Of a stretch of 64,000 nt of DNA, positions 38,958 to 48,249 are shown one piece after another (the first letter of the stretch is position 1; the number at the start of each line of letters is the position of its first letter). This DNA comes from Alphaproteobacteria bacterium (GTDB lineage Bacteria > Pseudomonadota > Alphaproteobacteria > CALKHQ01). The notes below the pieces were generated by a model, which did no database searches, was not told where the DNA came from, and saw nothing but the letters and a program-made list of their open reading frames with translations. The stretch lies in assembly GCA_965227515.1 (NCBI GenBank), contig CBDDFZ010000001.1, forward strand, positions 1,673,600-1,737,599. Direction: 5' to 3'. A program made the position numbers and the translations under genes.

Positions 38958-39133
38958 CGTCATCCTCGGGCTTGTCCCGAGGATCCATTTATGTCCGTTG
39001 TTCAATGGGTTGAAGGCGATACGCGGTGCAGTAGGCGGTCGATCGTTGCGCTTTGCCCCGCGAGAACCGACCATTTCAGGCCCGTCTCGCGCCCCGCGAT
39101 ACCATGGGTCCTCGCCACAAGGGCGAGGACGAC
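38958..39133. mobile_element. MITE-like element, family B copy 3 (176 bp)
   Basis: Left TIR CGTCATCCTCGGGCTTGTCCCGAGGATCCAT is the exact reverse complement of the right TIR of copy 2; right TIR ATGGGTCCTCGCCACAAGGGCGAGGACGAC matches copy 1. Confidence 0.7.
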
Positions 39134-39340
39134 AAGACTTTTCTTGGAGAATTCGGGCAACCCGCGCCAAGACTTGTGAATGCCACCGGCTTCGAACCGT
39201 GTGCTTTCAAGGAACCGTGCCGCGCCCAGCACGTTGTTGATTCCGGGGCGCTGTGTTGCACGATACCGGTGCGGGCCGTTATCGGCTAACATGCCGGCCA
39301 GGAGGACGTGCTGAGTCACGAACCAGGAGAGTTTCCCAAC

Positions 39341-39847
39341 ATGCTTAGATTTGCATTCGCCCCCAAGCTCGCGCTCGCCGCGGTCGGTCTGTTCCTTGGC
39401 CTGCTGGCGACAACGTCCAGCGCCCAGGCGGCCTGCGACCGCTGGGACACCGTCAACAACGTTGCCGGTTTCGGCACCGGCGCGGTTATCTGCGCCCAAA
39501 CGTCGCCGGACACGCAGTTCCAACTGCTGTGCGGGCAGCTTGGCAACTACACCGTGCGCGTTTCGGAGACCGTGTTCTCGTCCGCCGGCGCACCGAGCAA
39601 CACCACTGGCCGGCCGCAGCAGTTCACCATGACCACCGACGGCGGTGGGCGCTATGACATCACGCTGTTTCTCGACGACTCGACGCGGATGTTCGTGGGC
39701 TCGATCCCCGCGTCGGACCCGTTCGTCACCTCGATCAAGCGGCACTACTGGCTGACCGTCACCCATACGTCCGGAGTGCAGAACGGGCGCTTCTCGCTGA
39801 TCGGCTCGTCGCGCGCGATCGACTTCATGCGTCGTACCTGCTCGTAG
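39341..39847 (+). CDS. Secreted hypothetical protein
   Basis: Signal peptide ending 'SSAQA', four Cys, no recognisable family. Confidence 0.5.
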   Translation: MLRFAFAPKLALAAVGLFLGLLATTSSAQAACDRWDTVNNVAGFGTGAVICAQTSPDTQFQLLCGQLGNYTVRVSETVFSSAGAPSNTTGRPQQFTMTTDGGGRYDITLFLDDSTRMFVGSIPASDPFVTSIKRHYWLTVTHTSGVQNGRFSLIGSSRAIDFMRRTCS

Positions 39848-39977
39848 CCGCGCCAGGCAGCACAAGCCTCGGCATGTTCGGCCCGGGTGGAGCGGTTGCG
39901 CTGCCCGGGCTTCAATTTCGGCCTATCGCCCGGCGTGTCCGCAGTTCGGACCCACCTTCATACCCAAGGGGATATCC

Positions 39978-40394
39978 ATGAAAGCCATGTTGAAGCTCGC
40001 TTGCGCGGTCGCGTTGCCGATGTCGGTGCTTGGTGCCTGCAATTCCAGCGGCGGCGGCGACGGTGCGCAGCCCGCCTTCAATCCGCCCGCCGCCACGCCT
40101 GCCGCCACCGGCGGCGCGTCTGCCGGGGTCAGCGGGTTCGACCTGCTGGATGGCCATGGCGATGTCACGGCGACATGGACCGCGATCGGCAACGGGCAGT
40201 GGCAGATCCAGAATTTCGGTAACGGCGAGTCCGGCACCGTTCAGGAGATCGGGCGCTCGGATTGCTGCATCACGTTCCAGGTCACGCCGGAAGCCGTGTG
40301 GAGCGTGGATTTCAACGGCATGGAACTGAACATGGCCCCTGGCGAAAGCGATTCGCGCTTCACCATGGACGTCAGCGGCGTTACCCGGGGCTGA
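39978..40394 (+). CDS. Lipoprotein of unknown function
   Basis: 'LGAC' lipobox then a Gly/Ala/Pro-rich linker and a small beta-rich domain with a CC pair. Confidence 0.55.
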   Translation: MKAMLKLACAVALPMSVLGACNSSGGGDGAQPAFNPPAATPAATGGASAGVSGFDLLDGHGDVTATWTAIGNGQWQIQNFGNGESGTVQEIGRSDCCITFQVTPEAVWSVDFNGMELNMAPGESDSRFTMDVSGVTRG

Positions 40395-41118
40395 TCGCCG
40401 TCTGCGTTCGGCGGTCGAAAACCTCTTCGAAGGCCTGGAGCAGCGCGATATCGGCGTCTTCCATCGTGACCGGTAGGCCTAGGTCGACCAGTGAGGTGAC
40501 GCCGTAGCGCTGCTCCGCGGTCTCCGCGATGCCGCACGGCACGATGCCGGCGAAGTGCTCCAGGTCCGGCTCCACGTTGAAGGCGATGCCGTGGAAGGTC
40601 ACCCATCGGCGCACGCGCACGCCGATGGCCGCGATCTTGTCCTCGCGCCCGCCGCCCCGGTCGACCCAGATGCCGACCCGGCCCTCGCGCCGCTCGCCGC
40701 GCACGTTGAACGCGCGCAGGGTGACGATCATCCATTCCTCCAGCAGGTGGACGAAGCGGCGCAGGTCCCTGTCGTGGTGGGTCAGGTCCAGCATCACATA
40801 GCCGACCCGCTGGCCGGGGCCGTGATAGGTGTACTGCCCGCCGCGCCCGGTGCGGTAGACCGGGAACCGGTCCGGCTCCAGCAGGTCCTGGGGCTTGGCG
40901 CTGGTGCCGGCGGTGTAGAGCGGCGGGTGCTGCAGCAGCCAGACCTGCTCGGCCGCCGTGCCCTCATGAATGGCGGCGGCCCGCGCCTCCATCGCGGCGA
41001 CGGCACCGGGATAGTCGACGACCGGTCGGTCGCTGATCTGCCACTCGACCGGCGGCGGCATTTCGGCTGCGACCGAACCGACTTTTTGCTGGGTGATCGT
41101 GCTGGGATCGGCGTGCAT
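40381..41118 (-). CDS. lipB: Lipoyl(octanoyl) transferase
   Basis: LipB family with '[12 protein letters not shown]' motif; start refined to ATG 41118. The ORF-track N-extension is actually the antisense translation of the tRNA gene. Confidence 0.85.
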   Translation of the reverse strand: MHADPSTITQQKVGSVAAEMPPPVEWQISDRPVVDYPGAVAAMEARAAAIHEGTAAEQVWLLQHPPLYTAGTSAKPQDLLEPDRFPVYRTGRGGQYTYHGPGQRVGYVMLDLTHHDRDLRRFVHLLEEWMIVTLRAFNVRGERREGRVGIWVDRGGGREDKIAAIGVRVRRWVTFHGIAFNVEPDLEHFAGIVPCGIAETAEQRYGVTSLVDLGLPVTMEDADIALLQAFEEVFDRRTQTAISPG

Positions 41119-41183
41119 AGCTTGAAGATATGTAGGCGATTTGCTATTTCCCCACCACTGAATTGAGCGCGAAAGCGCCGTTT

Positions 41184-41270
41184 GCGGTCGTGGCGGAATT
41201 GGTAGACGCGCAGCGTTGAGGTCGCTGTGGGGTAAAACCCGTGGAAGTTCGAGTCTTCTCGACCGCACCA
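41184..41270 (+). tRNA. tRNA-Leu (anticodon GAG)
   Basis: Read directly: acceptor stem GCGGTCG/CGACCGC, discriminator A, 3' CCA encoded. D-arm TGGCGGAATTGGTAGACGC, anticodon stem CAGCG/CGCTG with loop TTGAGGT (anticodon GAG). Long variable arm; T-arm GTTCGAGTC. Confidence 0.85.
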
Positions 41271-41322
41271 TTCCTCAAAATAGCCGCCCACCCTTAGCGG
41301 CCAACGGACCGGGACCTCGCCG

Positions 41323-42717
41323 ATGGCTGATTCCGCCACCGCCCGTGACGATGAGGCCGTGGACGAGGCCGCCAGCCACTTCGGACTGGGCGACGCCGAC
41401 ATCCGTGAAGTCGTCGAGGCGATCGACCAGAAGCGCTTCGACCAGGTGGCCGAAAAGGCGGCCTCACTGCATGGCGCCGACCTTGCCGACCTGATCGAAC
41501 AGGTCGGTGGCGAGCGCCGCGCGCTGCTGGTCAAAACGCTTCGCTCCCCGATCGATCCCGACCTGCTGTCGCACCTGGACGGCGACATCCGCGAGACCGT
41601 GATGGGCCTGCTGCGGCCGGCGGACCTTGCCGCGGCCCTCAGCGAGATGGAGAGCGACGACGCTCTCGAACTGATCGAGGACCTGGACGACGAGCAGCAG
41701 GCCGCCATCCTGGAAAAGCTGCCGGCGCCGGACCGCGCCATCGTCGAGCAGGGGCTGGCCTACCCCGAGGACAGCGCCGGGCGCCTGATGCAGCGCGAGT
41801 TCGTGATGGTGCCGATGTACTGGACCGTCGGCGAGACCATCGACCATCTGCGCGCCACCAAGGACCTGCCCGACGACTTCTTCGACATTTTCGTCGTCGA
41901 CCCGCGCCTGAAGCTGGTGGGCATCGCGCCGCTCAGCCGCCTGATGCGCAACCGCCGCCCGACCAAGGTCGCCGACCTGATGACCGAGGAGGTGCGCCGC
42001 ATCCCGGCCGAGATGGATCGCGAGGACGTGGCCTACATCTTCCGCCAATACGGGTTGGTCGACGCCCCGGTGGTGGACGACGACGGCCGGCTGCTGGGCG
42101 TGGTGACGGTGGACGACGTGGTCCACGTGCTGGGCGAGGAAACCGAAGAGGACATGCTGAAGCTGGCCGGCGTGCAGGAGTCCGACCTGTTCAACGCCGC
42201 GCTGAAGACGGCGCGCACCCGCTTCACCTGGCTGTTCATCAATCTGATCACCGCGATCCTGGCGTCCGCGGTCATTGCGCTGTTCGAGGCGACCATCCAG
42301 CAAATCGTGGCGCTGGCGGTGCTGATGCCAATCGTGGCGTCGATGGGCGGCAACGCCGGCACCCAGACGCTGACGGTCGCGGTGCGCGCGTTGGCGACCA
42401 AGGACCTGTCGTCCGCCAATGCGGCGCGTGTCATCGGCAAGGAACTACTGGTCGGCCTGCTGAACGGCATCGTGTTCGCCGTGCTGACGGGCGTTGCCGC
42501 CTATCTGTGGCTGTCGTCATGGGAAATCGGCACCATCATCGCCTGTGCCATGGTCTTCAACCTGGTGGTGGCGGCATTCTTCGGCGCGTTCATTCCGATT
42601 ATCCTGGAGCGCGTCGGCGTGGATCCGGCGGTGGCGTCCAGCGTGCTGCTGACCACGGTGACCGACATCGTGGGCTTCCTGGCCTTCCTGGGTCTGGCCG
42701 CGGTCTTCCTGCTCTAG
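41323..42717 (+). CDS. mgtE: Magnesium transporter MgtE
   Basis: N-domain, tandem CBS domains and 5-TM MgtE pore domain. Confidence 0.9.
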   Translation: MADSATARDDEAVDEAASHFGLGDADIREVVEAIDQKRFDQVAEKAASLHGADLADLIEQVGGERRALLVKTLRSPIDPDLLSHLDGDIRETVMGLLRPADLAAALSEMESDDALELIEDLDDEQQAAILEKLPAPDRAIVEQGLAYPEDSAGRLMQREFVMVPMYWTVGETIDHLRATKDLPDDFFDIFVVDPRLKLVGIAPLSRLMRNRRPTKVADLMTEEVRRIPAEMDREDVAYIFRQYGLVDAPVVDDDGRLLGVVTVDDVVHVLGEETEEDMLKLAGVQESDLFNAALKTARTRFTWLFINLITAILASAVIALFEATIQQIVALAVLMPIVASMGGNAGTQTLTVAVRALATKDLSSANAARVIGKELLVGLLNGIVFAVLTGVAAYLWLSSWEIGTIIACAMVFNLVVAAFFGAFIPIILERVGVDPAVASSVLLTTVTDIVGFLAFLGLAAVFLL

Positions 42718-43224
42718 CCACCCACCCGTCGCCGCTTCCGGTCGGGCATTTGCATTTTGCAAAAGCCGTTTTCATGACAGATCGTTAATTTTCGCATTTT
42801 GCAATCGAACCGGCGGTTCGTCGTGCAAAGTGCGATGATACGCCGGCTGCCGAAGCCGCGCCGACGATGTGCCGATCTCGGCTATCCTACGGAAATTTCA
42901 CATTTTTTTCGGCGGACGTCGGGACGTTCGCCGGGGTCGCCGCCGTTCCAGTGTCAATGGCACGCGCCTTGCGCATGTCCCTGCAATCGTTGTCATCGCC
43001 GCATTAGGCTCGATGCAACGATCAACGGAGGCAGCATTGGCAAATCGTACGAACGTTTCGTCGCATGCCCTGTCGGCTGTTCGCCCTCGGCGATCCACGA
43101 GGGCGCTTCGGCCGTATGACAACACACGGCAGCGACCAACGATCCGCGATGACGCGTACTCATCCGTTGGCGGCATGACCGCATCCCCCCGAACGCAGGT
43201 GCAGCCGGAAGGAATTTTCCAACC

Positions 43225-43755
43225 ATGCGACAGGTAGCTTCGAGCAATGATGCTCCCCACACACCGCAAGTCATACGTTTTCCCGAGAAGCCGGGCGCCC
43301 ATGTTTCCGAAAGGGTTATGTTGGTCGTTTATGCATTCGACTGTTACGGGCGCGTGATCTGTACCCAGCGGATCGGCACCGGCGACCAGGGGCCGCGCTT
43401 CGCGCTGCCGCACACCGTGGTCGGCGGTCATGAGACGCTGACCCTTGCCGCGCGGCGGCTGTTGCTGGACAGCACCGGTTTCGCGGCACCCGACTGGACC
43501 AGCCTTGGCGCGGTCGCGCTGTCGGGGCGCGAACAGCCGGACCGGGCCCACATCATGGTGGCATCGAACGCCGGCACGCTGCGGGAGCGTAGCGACGACG
43601 ATGACAATGGCGACGTGGCCCTGATGACGCCGAACGAACTGCGCGCGGAATCGCTCAGCGGACGGGTGACCGCGGAGGCCGATATCGTCGCGGTGGAACT
43701 GGTGGAGGCGATGCTGTCGCTGTCGCGCTCGCTGGACAGCGACCTGGACGACTAG
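43225..43755 (+). CDS. Hypothetical protein (degenerate NUDIX-like fold?); N-terminal 35 codons have atypical low-GC codon usage
   Basis: GC3-rich from codon ~40 onward; acidic C-terminus. No confident family. Confidence 0.45.
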   Translation: MRQVASSNDAPHTPQVIRFPEKPGAHVSERVMLVVYAFDCYGRVICTQRIGTGDQGPRFALPHTVVGGHETLTLAARRLLLDSTGFAAPDWTSLGAVALSGREQPDRAHIMVASNAGTLRERSDDDDNGDVALMTPNELRAESLSGRVTAEADIVAVELVEAMLSLSRSLDSDLDD

Positions 43756-43980
43756 TGGTAGGGCAACACCGCCTGTCCCCAACCCAGCGCTTGGCTCGAA
43801 CTGCTAATCCCTTGCCGTCATTGCGAGGAGCGCCGTCCATCGCTTGGATGGGAGGCGCGACGCGGCAATCCAGATGGACATGCGGCAACCTCACGCCCAG
43901 CGCCTGGATCGCCACGCCGGCGTGCGCCGGCTCGCGATGACGCCAGAATATTGTGGTAGTTGGGCGCGTGTGCCCCCAGC

Positions 43981-45624
43981 TCAATCCAACGTGCGGGCGC
44001 GCTCGCGCAGGACGAACTTCTGGATCTTGCCGGTCGAGGTCTTCGGCAACGGGCCGAACACCACGTGCCTGGGCACCTTGAATCCAGCCAACCCGGCACG
44101 GCAGTGCGCGATGACGTCGTCGGCGCCCAGCGCGCCCTCCGCCGTCAGGGTCACGAACGCGCACGGCACTTCGCCCCATTTCTCGTCGGGCCGCGCGACC
44201 ACGGCTGCCTCCATGATGGCGGGGTGGCGGTAGAGCACGTCCTCCACCTCCAGGGTCGAGATGTTCTCGCCGCCCGAGATGATGATGTCCTTCAGCCGAT
44301 CCTTCACCTCGACATAGCCGTCGGTGTGCCACACCGCGAGATCGCCGGAGCGGTACCAGCCGCTGCCCATGGCGGCCGCGGTGGCCGTGGGGTTGTCCAG
44401 ATAGCCCTTCATCACGGTGTTGCCCCGGTACATGACCTCGCCGATGGTCTCGCCGTCGCGGGGCACGGCCAGGCCGGTGGCGGGGTCGGCGACGGTCAGG
44501 TCCTCCAGCATCGGATAGGGCACGCCCTGCTGCGCCATGCGCGCGTGACGCGCCTCCGCCGGGCCATCTTTCCATGCCTTCTGTGGCACGCACACCGTGG
44601 TCGGGCCATAGGCTTCGGTGGTGCCATAGAGATGCAGCACCTCGAAGCCGAGCCTCTCCATGGCCGCGATGATCGCCGAGGGCGGGGCCGCACCGCCGGT
44701 GGCGCACAACACGCGGCCGGGCAGAGCGAGCCGCGCCTCTTCCGGCGCGTGAACCAGCAGGTTGAGCACGATGGGCGCCCCGCACATATGGGTGACGCCA
44801 TGGGCGGCGATCTGCCGGAACACGGCCGCCGGCTCCACCTTGCGCAGGCAGACGTGGGTGCCGCCGACCACGGTGACCGCCCAGGTGAAGGTCCAGCCGC
44901 TGCAATGGAACATCGGCAGCGTCCACAGATAGACGCTGTCCTGGTTCAGCCCGAGGGTCAGCGCGTTGCCCATCGCCGCGAGATAGGCGCCGCGATGGCT
45001 GTAGACCACGCCCTTCGGGTCGCCGGTGGTGCCCGAGGTGTAGAGCAGGCAGAGCGAGTCCCACTCGTCCGCCGGGCCGGGCGGCGCGAAGGCCGGGTCG
45101 CCCCCGTCCAGCAGCTCCTCGTAGTCGAGCGCGCCGGCACTTGGCGGCAGCTCGACGTCAGGGTCCGCGATGCCGACGATGGGAATCGGCGTGGTCATGT
45201 CGGCGGTTGCCGCGCGCACGGTATCGGCGAATTCGTCGTCGGCCAGCAACAGCTTGGCCCGCCCGTGGCCCAGGATGAAGCCGACGGTGGCGGCGTCCAG
45301 CCGGGTGTTGATCGGGTTCAGCACCGCGCCCAGCATCGGCACCGCGTAGTGCGCCTCCAGCATCGCCGGCACGTTGGCGGCCATGATCGCGACCGTGTCG
45401 CCACGGCCGATGCCGCGCTTGGCGAGCGCCGAGGCCAGCCGCACGCAGCGCTGGTGGAAGGTGCGGTAGTCGAAGCGCCGGCTGCCGTGGATCACCGCCG
45501 TGCGGTCGCCGAAGAAGCGGGCCGCGCGCACCAGATACGACACCGGCGTCATCGGCACGAAGTTGGCGGCCGAGCGCACCAGCCCGTCGGGTGGCACCTC
45601 GAATGTGGGGTCGGGGGTGGTCAT
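43981..45624 (-). CDS. Acyl-CoA synthetase (AMP-binding, medium-chain; LvaE-like)
   Basis: 'YTSGTTGDPKGV' AMP-binding motif, 'GYGTTE', C-terminal 'SGKIQK'. Start refined to ATG 45624, overlapping the upstream small-protein stop (ATGA). Confidence 0.85.
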   Translation of the reverse strand: MTTPDPTFEVPPDGLVRSAANFVPMTPVSYLVRAARFFGDRTAVIHGSRRFDYRTFHQRCVRLASALAKRGIGRGDTVAIMAANVPAMLEAHYAVPMLGAVLNPINTRLDAATVGFILGHGRAKLLLADDEFADTVRAATADMTTPIPIVGIADPDVELPPSAGALDYEELLDGGDPAFAPPGPADEWDSLCLLYTSGTTGDPKGVVYSHRGAYLAAMGNALTLGLNQDSVYLWTLPMFHCSGWTFTWAVTVVGGTHVCLRKVEPAAVFRQIAAHGVTHMCGAPIVLNLLVHAPEEARLALPGRVLCATGGAAPPSAIIAAMERLGFEVLHLYGTTEAYGPTTVCVPQKAWKDGPAEARHARMAQQGVPYPMLEDLTVADPATGLAVPRDGETIGEVMYRGNTVMKGYLDNPTATAAAMGSGWYRSGDLAVWHTDGYVEVKDRLKDIIISGGENISTLEVEDVLYRHPAIMEAAVVARPDEKWGEVPCAFVTLTAEGALGADDVIAHCRAGLAGFKVPRHVVFGPLPKTSTGKIQKFVLRERARTLD

Positions 45625-45998
45625 GGCTTTGTCGGGCCGCGCCGCGCCAGATAGCGCGGGTTGGTCACCGACAGGGTTGCCTCCAGGTGCGCGCGCAGCG
45701 CCTTGCCGAGGCCGGGCGTCGTGGTTTCGGTGAGCGTGCCGTCGCGCAGCGCTGCCGCCAGCCCGTCGATGTCGGGCGGCGCATCGCTTCCGCAAGCGGC
45801 CAGGAGCGTGCGGTCGGCGGCCGCGGCGTCATGCTGCATCGCCCGCGCGGCGATGCCGAGCGCGTTGCCGATCATCGCGCCGGTGTAGCGCTGGTCCTTG
45901 GCCAGCGCCGGCTGGACGGAGTCCGCGAACGCGGCCCGCGCGCCCTCCAGCAGGTCGATCAGGTCGGTGTTACTGGCCATGACCCCAGGATGCCACAT
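45621..45998 (-). CDS. Small conserved hypothetical protein (DUF6285/LvaB-like partner of APH-ACAD pairs)
   Basis: ~120-aa helical protein between the phosphotransferase and ligase genes with overlapping stop/start on both sides; alternative start 45980. Confidence 0.55.
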   Translation of the reverse strand: MWHPGVMASNTDLIDLLEGARAAFADSVQPALAKDQRYTGAMIGNALGIAARAMQHDAAAADRTLLAACGSDAPPDIDGLAAALRDGTLTETTTPGLGKALRAHLEATLSVTNPRYLARRGPTKP

Positions 45999-47049
45999 AG
46001 TCCTCGATGCCCACGAGCGCTTCGTGGGTCAGTTCCGGCGCCATCATGCCGGTCAGCGCCAGCTCCAGCCGGTTGGCCGGATCGCCGGCGGCACGCGCTC
46101 CCTGTTGCAGCGCAATCACCGCCCAGCGCACCGCGGCCATGATCTCCCAATAGGCGATGGCGCGGTCGTCGATAGGGCGCGGGTCGACCGACTGGTAGCC
46201 GTCGTAGAACGCCTGGCGGGGGGCGATGCCGCCGGCCTCGCGCTCGACCGCGCCGAAGCGCCAGCACGCGGCGCAGAACCAGGCGATGTCCTCGTGGCGG
46301 TCGCTCCAGCCGGCGAATTCCCAATCCAGCACGGCGGTCAGGCGGCCGTCCCCTTCTACGTCCACCATGTAGTTGCCGGTGCGGTAGTCGCAGTGGCAAA
46401 GCACCAGCGCCTGGTCGGCGGGAGCGTGCGCCGCCAGCCACGTCAGCGCGTATTCCAGTGCGGGCTCGGTGGCGCCGATCTCGTCGAGATAGCGGCGGTA
46501 CTGCGCCACGCGATGGTCGCTCGGCCGCTGGTCGGGCACCGGCAGGAAGTCCAGGTCGCGCGTGTCGCCCGGCAAAATCCTGTGCAGCAGGGCCAGTTCG
46601 CGGCCGAGCTGATGGGCCACCGCCGGGCCGAAGGACTCGACCGCCGGATCGCGCACCACGCGGCGCGCCTGGGCGACGCCGGCCACATGCTGCATGACGA
46701 AGAACGGCGCGCCGATGGGGCCGTTGTCCTCGCACAGCGCGATCGGCTCGGCGACGGTCATGCCGACACGCTGCCCGGTGCGCAGCAGGGCGAACTCCTG
46801 CGCGCGCCCGTGGCTGGTGGCCACACCACTGGCGGAGTCGGTGCGCAGCACCCAGCGGTGGGTGCCGGCGCGCGGCCCGCCCGCGACCTCGGCCTCGACC
46901 GACCAGTTCTCCTGGATCGCGCCGCCGCTCAGCAATTGCGGGTTCGACAGCGTGACACTGTCGGCGCCGATCAGCGGCGCCAGTGCCGCGCCGGCCCGCG
47001 CCAGCCGCTCGCCCCGCAGCCGGCCCCCGTCGGCGGTCTCAGGCGCCAT
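45970..47049 (-). CDS. Phosphotransferase family protein (APH-like; LvaA-like 4-hydroxyacyl-CoA kinase candidate)
   Basis: 'LCHCDYRTGNYMV' (HxDxxxxN) and 'DWEF' Brenner/APH motifs. Confidence 0.8.
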   Translation of the reverse strand: MAPETADGGRLRGERLARAGAALAPLIGADSVTLSNPQLLSGGAIQENWSVEAEVAGGPRAGTHRWVLRTDSASGVATSHGRAQEFALLRTGQRVGMTVAEPIALCEDNGPIGAPFFVMQHVAGVAQARRVVRDPAVESFGPAVAHQLGRELALLHRILPGDTRDLDFLPVPDQRPSDHRVAQYRRYLDEIGATEPALEYALTWLAAHAPADQALVLCHCDYRTGNYMVDVEGDGRLTAVLDWEFAGWSDRHEDIAWFCAACWRFGAVEREAGGIAPRQAFYDGYQSVDPRPIDDRAIAYWEIMAAVRWAVIALQQGARAAGDPANRLELALTGMMAPELTHEALVGIEDYVASWGHGQ

Positions 47050-48247
47050 CGGCGCCCCAGCGCCAGAACCCGTCGCCGGCCTCGGCGTAGCGCTTTGCCA
47101 ACACCATGCGGTGGACCTCGTCGGCGCCGTCGACCAGCCGCGCCTGGCGGGCGTAGCGGTAGATCCATTCCAGCACCGTGTCCTTGGAATAGCCGCGCGC
47201 GCCGTTGAGCTGGATCGCGGTATCCGCCGCCCGGTGCAGGGTGTTGGCGACGTGCACCTTGGCCATGGAGACTTCGGCGCGCGCCCGGTCGCCCTGGTCC
47301 AGCAGCCAGGCCGCGTGCATCACCGACAACCGCCCGATCTGGATGTCGTGGGCGACCGCGCCCATCAGCAGTTGCACCGACTCCCGGTCGGCGAGCTTGA
47401 CCCCGAACCCCTCGCGCTCGGACGTGTACGCGGCGGCGATCTCCATGCAGCGCTTGGCGAGCCCCAGCCAGCGCATACAGTGGGTGAGGCGGGCGGTGCC
47501 GAGCCGGATCTGGGTCAGCTTCAGACCGTCGCCGACCTCCATCAGCCGGTTCTCGTCGGGGATGACCAGGCCGTCGAAGCGCAGCTCGCAGTGGCCGCCA
47601 TGCTCCTCCGGCCCCATGATCGGGATGCGGCGCTCGATGCGCCAGCCCGGCTGGTCCTTGTCGAACAGGAACGCGGTCAGCCCGCGGCGCGGGTCGTCGC
47701 TGGTGCGCGCGATCAGGATGAAATGGCTGGCCACGCCGGCCCCGGTGATGAACCACTTGTGGCCGTTGACCACCCAATTGTCGCCGTCGCGGGTCGCGGT
47801 GGTGCGGATCATCGTCGGGTCCGAACCGCCGCCGGGGTGCGGCTCGGTCATCGCGAAGGCGGAGCGGACGGTGCCGTCGACGATGGGCTGCAGCCAGCGC
47901 GTCTTCTGGGCGTCGGTCGCCACCTTCTCCAGCACCGTCATGTTGCCGTCGTCGGGGGCGGCGCAATTGAAGCAGACCGGGCCGAAGATCGAGCGGTTGG
48001 CCTCCTCGTACATCACCGCGCGGCCGACCACGCCAAGCCCCATGCCACCGCGCGCGGGCGGCATCTGCGGCGACCACAGGCCGGCTTCCTTCACCTGGGC
48101 CTGCACGACGGCCAGCAGGTCGGGGCGGATGTTCTGGTGGTCGTCGTAGTTGGCCGCGTCGGCCTCTAGCGGCAGGATGTGCCGGTCGACGAAGGCACGG
48201 GTGCGCAGGCGCACGTCCTCTACTGCGGGGTCCAGCGCAAAGTCCAA
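47039..48247 (-). CDS. Acyl-CoA dehydrogenase family protein (LvaC-like)
   Basis: ACAD fold ('AFAMTEPHPGGGSD', C-terminal catalytic region). TTG start at 48247 sits 9 nt downstream of a GGAGGA RBS (no in-frame ATG fits); the ORF-track 517-aa version has a junk N-extension. Confidence 0.75.
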   Translation of the reverse strand: MDFALDPAVEDVRLRTRAFVDRHILPLEADAANYDDHQNIRPDLLAVVQAQVKEAGLWSPQMPPARGGMGLGVVGRAVMYEEANRSIFGPVCFNCAAPDDGNMTVLEKVATDAQKTRWLQPIVDGTVRSAFAMTEPHPGGGSDPTMIRTTATRDGDNWVVNGHKWFITGAGVASHFILIARTSDDPRRGLTAFLFDKDQPGWRIERRIPIMGPEEHGGHCELRFDGLVIPDENRLMEVGDGLKLTQIRLGTARLTHCMRWLGLAKRCMEIAAAYTSEREGFGVKLADRESVQLLMGAVAHDIQIGRLSVMHAAWLLDQGDRARAEVSMAKVHVANTLHRAADTAIQLNGARGYSKDTVLEWIYRYARQARLVDGADEVHRMVLAKRYAEAGDGFWRWGADGA

Positions 48248-48249
48248 GG

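Noticed and set aside
41119-41271. N-terminal extension of lipB ('[27 protein letters not shown]...')
   Set aside because: This is the antisense translation of tRNA-Leu(GAG) at 41184..41270; the real lipB ATG is at 41118.
42799-43237. ORFs of 106 and 122 aa inside the low-GC intergenic island
   Set aside because: No RBS, no family, overlapping each other in different frames; the region's composition is better explained as non-coding.
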